Shown here one piece after another: positions 54,255-64,000 of a DNA stretch of 64,000 bases (position 1 is its first letter; every line of letters starts with the position of its first letter). The DNA lies in assembly GCA_951406725.2 (NCBI GenBank), contig OX597831.1, positions 7,936,001 to 8,000,000 on the forward strand, written 5' to 3'. The translations under genes and the position numbers were made by a program. The stretch comes from Octopus vulgaris. Taxonomy: Eukaryota. The notes beneath the pieces are model-generated. The model was not told the DNA's origin, made no database searches, and saw nothing but the letters and a program-made list of their open reading frames with translations.

Positions 54255-54620
54255 TCTGCTCTGCCATATATGCTGGCCTGCTTATGTCCCTTGTTCCCTA
54301 CAGAACATAAGGCTCACAATCCTTGACCCTGGGCTGTCTTTTCTGATTCTCTCCTGCTGGATTCCATCTTTTCCAGCTCTGCTTCAGTATCTCACCTCAG
54401 ATTTCTATGAATAAATCAATGATTTTGTAACTTTGCTTTTGTCTAGGTAAGAGTGTTGGCCCTTTACAGACTCATTTTTTATTCTGGGAAGAAGGGGGTC
54501 TGTTTTATTGTGGCCTCTGTCCTCTGACCTGTCCAGCATGAGAGGCCCTGCCAAGACCTTGTGCTCCACTGTCATAGCTTTTAGGGTCAGTGAGGCACAT
54601 GTTCCATTACACTGCAGCAG
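54255..54620 (-). mobile_element. Short RTE-derived bipartite element, second copy
   Basis: Reverse-complement similarity to both halves of 22990-23435. Confidence 0.5.
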
Positions 54621-54850
54621 GAACTGGGCACAAAGTAAGCTTCTTAATCACACAGTCATGCCTAATTAATTAATATTTTGATAGTTTAATTGATATTTTA
54701 AAACTCAATTGATATTTACTTATGAATTGTACAAAGATGACATACAAATTTAGCAGAAGCTGACTTTGAAAACAACTACAACCAAACTAAATATTTAGTC
54801 TCCTTGAAGAATCATCATCATTATCACTGTCGTTGTCATCATCATGGTTG

Positions 54851-54888
<38 letters not shown>

Positions 54889-55100
54889 TAACGTCCATTT
54901 GCCCTGCTGGCATGGGTTGGACAGTTTGACAAGGAGCTGGCAATCTGGAGAGCAGCCCAAGCTCTAATTCTTTGTTTTGGCATGGTTTCTATGGCTGGAT
55001 GTCCTTCCTAATGCCAACCAATTTACAGAGTGCACTGCATGGTTTCTATGGGACACCAAGAATGAAAATGAGTTTTATCATCAACTAACCTTATTTCATT

Positions 55101-55191
<91 letters not shown>

Positions 55192-55210
55192 GTATATATA
55201 TATGTATATG

Positions 55211-55256
<46 letters not shown>

Positions 55257-55258
<2 letters not shown>

Positions 55259-55630
55259 GGTGTGGCTATGTGGTAAGTAGCTTGCTTACGAACCACATGG
55301 TTCCGGGTTCAGTCCCACTATGTGGCACCTTGGACAAGTATCTTCTACTATAGCCTCGGGCTAACCAAAGCCGTGTGAGTGGATTTGGTAGACAGAAACT
55401 GAAAGAAGCCTGTCATATGTATATATGTGTATGTATGTGTCTGTGGTTGACCACCCACCATAGCTTCACAACTGATGTTTGTGTGTTTATGTCCCTGTAA
55501 CCAAGTGGTTCGGCAAAAGAGACTGATAGAATAAGTACTAGACTTACAAAGAATAAGTCCTGGGGTCGATTTGTTTGACTACAGGCTGTGCTCCAGCATG
55601 GCTGCAGTCAAATGACTGATGCAAATAAAA
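55257..55630 (+). mobile_element. SINE (GGCTGTGTGGTAAGTAGCTTGC family), full-length example
   Basis: tRNA-like head, internal TA/TG tract and conserved tail; many copies at about 6780, 22305, 28130, 31180(-), 36525, 38760, 46577 and 59570. Confidence 0.85.
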
Positions 55631-55645
55631 GTATATATAAATATA

Positions 55646-57701
55646 TCTCTATATATAAAACTGAAATGTGTTTTTACCGCTTGGATCGCTTTCAATGCCA
55701 CTACATCCCGTCCGATTCGCTCCAAAATTTACAGGGACATGTAGAATGAGGTGACGAAGCTCGTGGGCTACCTTAGAAATCCCTATCTTAAAAGGTGTGG
55801 TTGCTAGGGGCCATCTTCCTCACTCACGCTATTTCCTCCTTTCCCTCTCTTACTCCCCTTCATATATAACTTTGAGAAATCCACTACCGTTATTTAATGT
55901 ATTCCCCTCAACTCCCCTTCACTTTCCCTTTATAAGTTCGTCAGGCGGCGTTCTTTGATGTATCTGTTTGCATTCATAGGGAGAATTATCATCGCTACCA
56001 ACAACACACAATCATGAGAAAAAATATTATGCATCAGATATTCTTGCGTTCATTTATATGTGTGTGTGTGTGTGTGTGTGTTCTATATATAAATATGTAT
56101 ATATAATGCATGTGTGTGTGTGTTCTATATATAAATATGTATATATAATGTATGTGTGTGTGTGTGTTCTATATATAAATATGTATATATAATGTATATA
56201 TACAAAGTATATATATCTGTATTTATGTATATTAAACTTTTTCATACTTTTTCATAGTTATATATATTTTTAAACAAATTATAAATATAATTTAATAATT
56301 TTTATTTTCAATTTAAATAATTTAAATTTTTCAATTTTATATTTTCTATATTTTCTATATTATATATTTTTTTTAATGTTTTTGTTTTTGGTTTTTCACT
56401 GTTTGATTTGCCTGTAAGTGGTTTTATCTCTAATTTAATTTATACAGATATATATCTCATTTGTTGCACACACACACACACATATATATATATACACATA
56501 TATATATATAATGTGTGCATTACGTAGTCGGTCGATTCAGCTGAAAATATGCACACCTATGTTAAAAGTGCTGGCAAGTTTGCATGACAACTATTTTTTT
56601 CCTCAAATGAAAGGCGTCCCCTCTAGGACAAAATTCCTCATCTTATAAAATGTGGCCCCAGTAGACCCGAATGAAATCGGGTTATATTAACCAAAATGTG
56701 AAAAGGGGTCTAAATGGGGATGGAAGGGGATTAAAATTTCAAGGAGCGGGTGTTTAGGAATTCTCTGTTACATCAAGCTAAAAAATTTGCGCCAGCCTTT
56801 TAATCGTCAATGTGTTGCCGTCCATGATAAAGAAGTTTTGAATGCTTGCCATGGTGAGTCTACTGTCGTGAGAAAGAATCACTTCAAAACTTGGTGTTTA
56901 CGAATTTTCTTTTACATCAAGTTCAAAATTTTACGCCAGCCGTTAAACTGTCACTACGTTGCTGTCTGTCGTTAAGAAATGTCAGCCATGGTGACTCTAC
57001 TATCCTCAGATTCTATCCCTTCAAACTTTGGTTTCCAATATTTTATTATTTTTATTCAGCTCGCAAGTTCGTCTATCCCTTTTAAATGTTAGCGTTTTGC
57101 TGTCTGCCTTGAAGCAGACCTTTCCATTGCCACTGCCTCATATTTCTGATTGATCTTTCTAAATATTTTATTTCTCAACTTACTCAAGATCTTCTGTTGT
57201 TTATAAATGGGAGAGAGATAGATAAAGATAGACAGTAAGAGAAAGCGAGGGAGAGTCCGAGAGAAAAGAAAAGTAAGAGAGTGGGAAAGTGAGAGAGAAA
57301 GGAGAGAGAAACAAATACGGAGAATCATCATCATCATCATCGCTTAACGTCCGTTTTCCGTGCTAGCACGGGTTGGACAGTGTGACCGGGGTCTGGGAAG
57401 CCAGGAGGCTGCACCAGACTCCAGTCTGATCTGGCAGTGTTTCTACAGGTGGATGACCTTCCTAACGCCAACCACTCTGTGAGTGTAGTGGGTGCTTTTT
57501 TCGTGCCGCCAGCACAGGTGCCAGGGGGGCTGGCAACGGCCACGATCGGTTGGTGCTTTTTACGTGCCACCGGCACAGAAGCAAGTCAAGGCGGTGCTGC
57601 AATCGGCCACGTTCGGATGGTGCTTTTTACGTGCTGAAAGGAAGCAACAGAAAGTAACAACCACACTCTTACCCGCGCGTAGAACGGGTCACATTCAGCT
57701 A

Positions 57702-57702
<1 letters not shown>
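55646..57702 (+). mobile_element. About 2-kb non-autonomous Helitron with nested repeats
   Basis: 5' A|TCTCTATATATAAAACTGAAATGTG; 3' hairpin ACCCG-cgcgtagaa-CGGGT then CTAG|T at 57699-57702; contains a roughly 150-bp tandem pair (56780-57080), an AT-rich repeat and a retroposon tail. Confidence 0.65.
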
Positions 57703-57764
<62 letters not shown>

Positions 57765-59550
57765 CAAAGAGACAGAGAGCCATTAGAGGAAAGCAACAAG
57801 CCTGGAAAAGTAGAGGTAGCAGAGAACTGTATCAGATAGCCAGAAGGGAAGCTAGGAGACAGGTATATCTAGCCAAGAGAGAAGCAGAAAAGAAAAAGTT
57901 TGCCTAGTGTTTCAGATTGCATGACAGTGTGTGAGAGAAAATTGTGATGTCATAGGAGAGAAATGTGTTTGCATGGATCATGGTGCACTTGCATTTAATG
58001 ATTCTGCAAAGAATGAGGCTTGGAAATACCATTATGAAAGACTGTTGAATGTGGAGAATGAATGGGAGGAGGAGAGTCTGCCAAATGTTGACTCAGCTGA
58101 GGGACCAGCTATCTGAATCAACAGTACCTTGGTAGATAAAGCAATTAAGGATATGAAGAGAGGGAAAGCCCCTGGCCTATCAGGAATCACCGCTAAGATG
58201 CTTGAGATATCTGGTGGTGTGGCTTATGGTCTAGTCACCCATATTGTAAATCAGGTGGTTCATGAAATGATCGTACCCAATGACTGGTGAAGCAGCACCA
58301 TAATCAACTGCTACAAAGGTAAATGTGGTACCTTAGATAGAAATAATTATAGAGGTATCAATTTGTTGGATCAGGGAGAGAGTTAGTCAAGATGAGATGC
58401 AGTTTGGTTTTGTGCCAGGGAGAAGCACCACTGACACTATATTTCTGGTGAGGCAACTGCAGGAGAAATACATAGTCAAAGATAAACTCCTGCGTTTGGC
58501 TTTTGTTGACTTGGAGAAAAACTTTGACAAGGTCTCCCAATCCCTTATCTGGTGGTCAGTGCAGAAACTAGGGATAGACGAGTGGTTGATTAGAGCTGTA
58601 CAAGCCTTGTACAGGGGCACTACCTGTAAGGTGTAGGTCGGCAACGAGTACAGTGAAGAATTCATGGTATAAGTAGGAGTTCACCAAGGACTGGTCTTCA
58701 CCCCGCTCTTGTTCATCATAGTCCTCCAGGCAATAACAGATTAATTTAGGACAGGCTGCCTCTAGGAGCTCCTCTATGATGATGACCTTGTGCATATAGC
58801 TGAATCACTACCATAACTAGAGAAGAAGTTCCAGGAATGGGAGAATGGTCTAGAATTGAAGGGCCTTAGAGTTAACCTAGCAAAAGCCAAAGTCTTAGTA
58901 AGTAGGAAGGCAGACAAATCACTAATCTCTTCAGGTAGATGGCCCTGCTTGATCTGTAGAAAAGGCGTAGGTAGAAACTACGTAAGCTGCACCCAGTATA
59001 AGCTATGGACACATAAAAGATGCAGCAAAATCAAAGGAAAATTTACAGGGAAAATAGCTTTTGTATGTGGAATATGCACAGGTACAATAAATGCTGAAAA
59101 TGTGCAGAAAATAGACTCCATCAACTGCCAGAGGGGCAAGCTAGAGGTAGTAGATAGCTTCTGTTATCTAGGTGACCAAGTTAGTAGCAGAGGTGGACAC
59201 ATTGGGCCTCATAGAAACAAAGTAGTTGAACTCCTTTCGAGTGTTGGGCCTCACAGAGGCAATGACCAAGACCTTTGGCATTATGTCGTGCTTGAGAAGA
59301 AGACCCATCAAGCTGAGCAAAATCACAGTTACGGCAGATACCAGTGTCATGCAAATGGCACCAGTGCTGGTGGCATGTTGAAGCACTCATTACACCCTTG
59401 GAGTGGTGGGCATTATGAAGGGCATCCAGCCATAGAAACCATACCAAATCAGACTGGAGTCTGGTGCAGCCTTCCAGCATGCCAACCCTGGTCAAACCAT
59501 CCAACCCATGCCAGCATGGACAATGGATGTTAAATGATGATGATGATGAT
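57765..59550 (+). mobile_element. Decayed RTE-clade LINE (reverse transcriptase with Cys/His-rich segment, then 3' UTR and (GAT)n tail)
   Basis: RT motifs GKAPGLSGI, NYRGINLL, QFGFVPGRSTTDTIFLVRQLQEKY, AFVDLEKNFDKV, GVHQG..TPLLF, LLYDDDLV, GLRVNLAKAKVL; multiple stops and frameshifts. Confidence 0.92.
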
Positions 59551-60044
59551 ATACATATTTATATATAGACAGCAATGGCTGTGTGGCTAAGATGCTCACT
59601 TTATAACCCTGTGGTTTCAGGTTCAGTCCCATAGTGCAGCACTTTGGGCAAATGTCTTCTACTATAGTCCCAGGTGGACCAATGATTTGTGAGAGAATTT
59701 GGGAGACAGAAACTGTGTGGAAGCCCATCATATGTTTGTGTCTACATTTGCATTCACCCATAACCTGACAACTGGATTTACTTTGCTTATGTACCTGTAA
59801 CTTAGCAGTATGGCAAAAGAAACTGATAAAATAAGTGTCAGACTTGAAACTACTAAGTACTGGTGTGTATTTATTTGACTAAAACCCTTCAAGGCAGTGC
59901 TCCAGCATGGCCTCGGGCTAATCACTGAAAGAAGTAAAAAATATAAAATAATACTCAGCCTATTAAATATGATGAGCCTAACTTATCAAAACCTCAAACC
60001 GATTCCTTCCAAATCCTCTTCTTTGATGGTCAACAGTTTCAATC

Positions 60045-60446
60045 ATCATCATCATTATCATCATCATCATCATCGTTTAACGTCTGTTTTCCACGCTAGC
60101 ACGGGTTGGACGGTTCGACCGGGGTCTGGGAAGCCAGGGGCTGCTCCAGGCTCCAGTCTGATCTGGCAGAGTTTCTACGGCTGGATGCCCTTCCTAACGC
60201 CAACCACTCCGCGAGTGTAGTGGGTGCTTTTTACGTGCCACCTGCACAGGTGCCAGGGGGGCGGGTCCAGCATCGGTCACGATCGGTTGGAGCTTTTAAC
60301 GTGCCAGCGGCACGGAAGCCAGCCAAGGCGGCGCTGGCAACGTTCGGATGGTCTTTTTATGTGCCACCGGCACAGGAGCCAGTCGGGGCGGCGCTGGCAT
60401 CGGCCACGTTCGGATGGTGCTTTTTATGTGCCACCGGCACAGAAGC
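60045..60446 (-). mobile_element. RTE 3'-UTR-type retroposon with (GAT)n tail and 11-bp TSD
   Basis: TSD CAGTTTCAATC at 60034-60044 and 60447-60457; related copies at about 11170, 19640-19965, 30380 and 57325-57632, and at the end of the RTE LINE near 59400-59550. Confidence 0.85.
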
Positions 60447-61382
60447 CAGTTTCAATCTTATGTAATAATGATTTCCAATTTGCCTACAACTCTACAAATC
60501 TGGATGAACGTGTATTGTCGATGGAATCAGCGTTAGTAATTTGGCTGATGTTTATTTGGAAATTGGAGTCAACAGATTTTATCAGTTTAACATCTAAAAG
60601 CTAATTAGAAATAATTCTGTGACGAGGAAAAGACATTAGTGTTATTTTAATCACTTTTGCAATTATGGGAGAAAACTCCGCATATATTCCATTGTTATTA
60701 GACCTCCTCAACAAGGCATACACTTTACTGCACATATTGAAGTGGTGAGCGGGGAGAACATTAGAGGTGTGCAGTTTTGTAGAGGAGTCGATGTGGAACA
60801 AACACAAAGACACACACTCATAAATGTATATGACAAGTTTCCGCACAGTTTCCGTCTACCAAATTCACTCACTAGGCATTGGTCAGTAGAACCTTCCCAA
60901 GGTGCCACGGTTGCTAAGTGACTACAGCCATGCCTGCGCCTATATATTTATATTATTTGTGTAAGAAAATCTGGAGGAATGAGATTCAACGTCGACTCAG
61001 TCAAGATTTGAACTCAGAACATAAAGGGCCGTAGCTAAAGACCATAATATATTCCCCTTTTGCACGCTAAACAGATTCTGTAAACCCGTCGTTCGTTCAA
61101 TATTACCAAAATAAACAGAAGGGATTTCGGAATGAAATCCGATGCAAGCCAAATCCTAATCCGCGATGAGACTCACGTGTGTTAAAACGGTCTCATAATT
61201 TGGTGAATGGTTCTGGTAATATATTGTTAAACATGGAGAGAACACTTGGTTGATTGTCTCTGATTTTTATAACATTCTTTGTAATCTGATCGTTTCACTT
61301 TGCCCAAAAGTGTAAACAATCTATTCACCTCTCAGTCGTCGGCTAACCAATAATATATTGATTATGTATATATATATATATA

Positions 61383-61635
61383 GGTACTACTAGCGAACAG
61401 TGGTCCCGATGCGCGCATCCGCGCTAGCTAGTCGTAAGTAGTCGATCCTAAATAATTTTTTAAACTAAGTAAATAAGTTATTTTTATAAACAAACTAAGT
61501 TTTAGGGTTAGGTTTTGGGTTAAAAAGTTAGATGTAGGATTAGGGTTAAAAAGTCGTTGAAGGATCGACTACTTACGACTAGCTAGCGCGGATGCGCGTG
61601 TGCGCGCACTGGGACCACTGTTCGCTAGTAGTACC
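61383..61635. mobile_element. CpG-rich MITE with about 67-bp TIRs, inserted in (TA)n
   Basis: GGTACTACTAGCGAACAGTGGTCCC...GTCGATCCT pairs with AGGATCGAC...GGGACCACTGTTCGCTAGTAGTACC; internal TTAGGG-like repeats. Confidence 0.85.
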
Positions 61636-61742
61636 TATATATATATATATATATATATGTATATACACACACATACACATGCATACTATAAACTAGATAT
61701 ATATAATTCAGTTTATAGTATTCAAGCCTTGCGCTTATAATA

Positions 61743-61817
<75 letters not shown>

Positions 61818-61839
61818 AAGAAGAAAAACTTGGACTCAC

Positions 61840-62200
61840 GGAGGATAATGTCAGCCGCTGGTTGTAATATGTAATAAAGACGATAAAAAGTGGATGAGTT
61901 AGGCGAGGAGAGGAAGACGGACGGTTTCCTGGCGACATCAACTATTAATAAACAGTCTCGGTTCGATCTGAATGGGTCTTTGTGGACACTTGAGCAAAAC
62001 ACAAGTAGTACGTGGGTTTCTCCCTGCTTTTTTAAATAAATAGAGCAAACAGCATTATTAGGATGTGTTGCCAGTTGGAAACGGAGTAACGGGGCTGCAG
62101 GCACATTTAAGGCTCCTTTAAATGATTATTAAAGTTTCTAAAAATTCTGGTTACTATTTACTTTACACTGGAGTGTATATAAGAACATTAAATTCAATAT
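61840..62200 (-). other. Candidate non-coding first exon (possibly TEX9 5' UTR)
   Basis: Strong donor CC|GTGAGT at 61834-61839 downstream of the X-box in CpG-containing unique sequence; the 5' boundary and the link to TEX9 are inferred. Confidence 0.4.
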
Positions 62201-62221
62201 AAAGTTACGATCTATGTTTTG

Positions 62222-62235
62222 GTTGCTATGGTAAC
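62222..62235. promoter_or_regulatory. RFX X-box GTTGCTATGGTAAC
   Basis: Near-palindromic match to the X-box consensus GTNRCC/T-N0-3-RGYAAC in a CpG-richer, repeat-poor island; a second X-box-like site GTCGCCAGGAAAC (minus) lies at 61924-61936; X-boxes mark ciliary gene promoters. Confidence 0.65.
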
Positions 62236-64000
62236 GTGTAAACAGAACGGAGAATCGATGTAGTAAATTTCTCCCGCTCTCTCCTGCTCCGTTCACTCAT
62301 TTTTCTTTTCCACCTACCCATCCACCCACCCCCTCTCTTTCTCTCTAACTACGTATTTATTCTTTCTCTTTTACTGCTCCGATTCTCTTTGTCGGTTGAA
62401 TCGTTGATGAATGGCAATATCCAGTCACTATCATTTCTAACCCATTTGTTGCTTGTCTGGTTTGCTAATAGATATATAGGTATAAAAACCTGTCATAATA
62501 TTTATTCGTATAAAATTTATTCGTTAAACAACGAACTTGTTACAAAATATATATATATATATACATAAACGGTTAAATAGCTTTCTTTACTAGACCAGTT
62601 GTTTTTCTTTTTTCTTTCCATTTTTTTTTCTATCAAATAAATGTTTTGCTTTGGAGGACGTACAATAATTATTTTAAGGTTCAAAGCATGCAAAGTCAGC
62701 AATTATAGTTTCGACTTCCGTCTGAATCACTTCGTCCTTGGTGTTGTCCATAATGTTTCTTCACTTAAAAAAAAAAATTATTTTGAGATTGCCAATTGAC
62801 TCTTCTGGGGACAAGTTAGCAAAGTTATTCGGACGTTGAGAGGAATTCCTGGAGGCATTAGTTACGATTCTCCTGAGTTCAAATACTCTCTTACAGTTGC
62901 AGAGCAGAAGGTACTGCCAAGTTACAGCCATGCTATCAATTCATTCGTATGCATGTTGACGCTTTTAATGGCATGGCTGTGGATTAACAAGTTGGTACAT
63001 TTGGGTCAAACCCTCGCCAGTAGTTCGGGTTCAATCCTGTTGTGTGATACATTGGGTTAATATTTTTTTCTCATAGCATGGGATTGACCAGGGTCTTGTA
63101 AGTGAAATTTAGTCGATGGATATTTGGGAAAACCCGTTGAAGTGACGTTTACCATTTGGAGATGCCTGGCTGAACCCCTGTCCAAATTTAACAGCATCTA
63201 CAACCTATCGGCTGCCTTCAGTACAAGCCACTATTTAAGCATTTGGATCAGGTCTCCTGAGAATACCTCATTCCCTTCTATCAGTCTCGGAGGACCCCTA
63301 AAAGGCTCATAAGCGGCGTTACTCTCCCTCTTTTGTCTATCGATTGATGGAAATTACTAGTGTGACTATCGAGTATTCTGTGTCGCTGACATGTTTCGTT
63401 GGATTGCAACCAAGAACTGGAATTATACCGGATTATAAATTCAAAAGGGATCACTGCCATTCAATTGGTTGGGTTTCGTCTAACAAAGAGAGAACGACAT
63501 TTTAGATTGATAAATCAGGAGTCTGCAAGCAACTGAAAACTGCTGGAAACATTGTTTCCTTGGTTGAATCAAATGGTTTGCCTCCATTTTAAATGTTGTA
63601 TCGTCGAGACTGCATGGTTGTGAAGTTTACTTTGTTTCGAGGTTTCAATCCTAGAATATATCACTTTGGCCAAGTGCTTTGTTTGTGAAATTTGGTGTGT
63701 GTTGGCAAGAGATGGCAGAATCAGAGCGATGAGTAAAATATATCTTGTGGTATTGACTGCGCCATTCTATTTTATAAGATAGATAAACACCTAACATAAT
63801 ACGTAAAGGCAATGCTCCATCTTGGCCGCAATCCGATGCCAGAAACTAGTAACAGAATAAAAGAATAAAAATAATATTGCTCGTTTCATGGTGAACTACA
63901 GAAGATGCTTTAAATTGAATCGGAATTGTTTTTCTCGCCTGTCTAAGCTGTTTCATTTCATTTCAAAAGGTTTTATTATTTTGTAATAATATAATATTTG

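Noticed and set aside
58856-59533. Longest ORF (225 aa) as a host gene
   Set aside because: Fragment of a decayed RTE LINE reading into its 3' UTR
60220-60446. Repeated TTTTACGTGCCACCGGCAC units with variable spacers (also at 19650-19800 and 57490-57630) resembling a CRISPR array
   Set aside because: Internal tandem subrepeats of a dispersed eukaryotic retroposon 3' UTR; spacers are related to each other and there are no cas genes
59950-60780. Minus-strand protein-like fragments interrupted by a retroposon
   Set aside because: Several stops and no recognisable motif; indistinguishable from chance
61500-61550. TTAGGG repeats as a telomere or interstitial telomere
   Set aside because: Only a few degenerate units inside a MITE
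61625-62104. 159-aa minus ORF as a coding first exon of TEX9
   Set aside because: No recognisable homology, runs into (TA)n, and its phase at the 61840 donor (1) does not match the phase-0 entry at 37024

Overview
AT-rich, repeat-dense eukaryotic DNA. The SINE, RTE and microsatellite content resembles an octopus (coleoid cephalopod) genome, which is an inference from repeat style only. One protein-coding gene can be reconstructed by hand: a minus-strand TEX9 ortholog with 11 coding exons from 37003 down to 16809. All introns are GT-AG with consistent phases, giving 1236 nt or 411 aa, with the TEX9-type segments 'AIIRFLKAKLRVMQEEL' and '[38 protein letters not shown]'. A CpG-richer island at about 61.8-62.3 kb has a near-perfect RFX X-box and a candidate non-coding first exon. 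The rest is mostly mobile-element debris: three Helitrons, a DD37D (maT-type) Tc1/mariner relic, decayed RTE and CR1-like LINEs, several SINE families, foldback MITEs, Penelope-like relics and long TA/TG/CAT microsatellites. Nearly all supplied ORFs are microsatellite or repeat artefacts. Three unexplained structures stand out: (i) an intact-looking hammerhead ribozyme in a TEX9 intron, sense to the pre-mRNA, plus several degenerate ones; (ii) a 2.3-kb nested foldback just upstream of the start-codon exon, whose outer arms duplicate an X-box-like motif; (iii) many long inverted repeats that could form dsRNA (ADAR) substrates. No new biological system is demonstrated; these are testable hypotheses. 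Repeat boundaries are approximate unless target-site duplications (TSDs) or termini are quoted.
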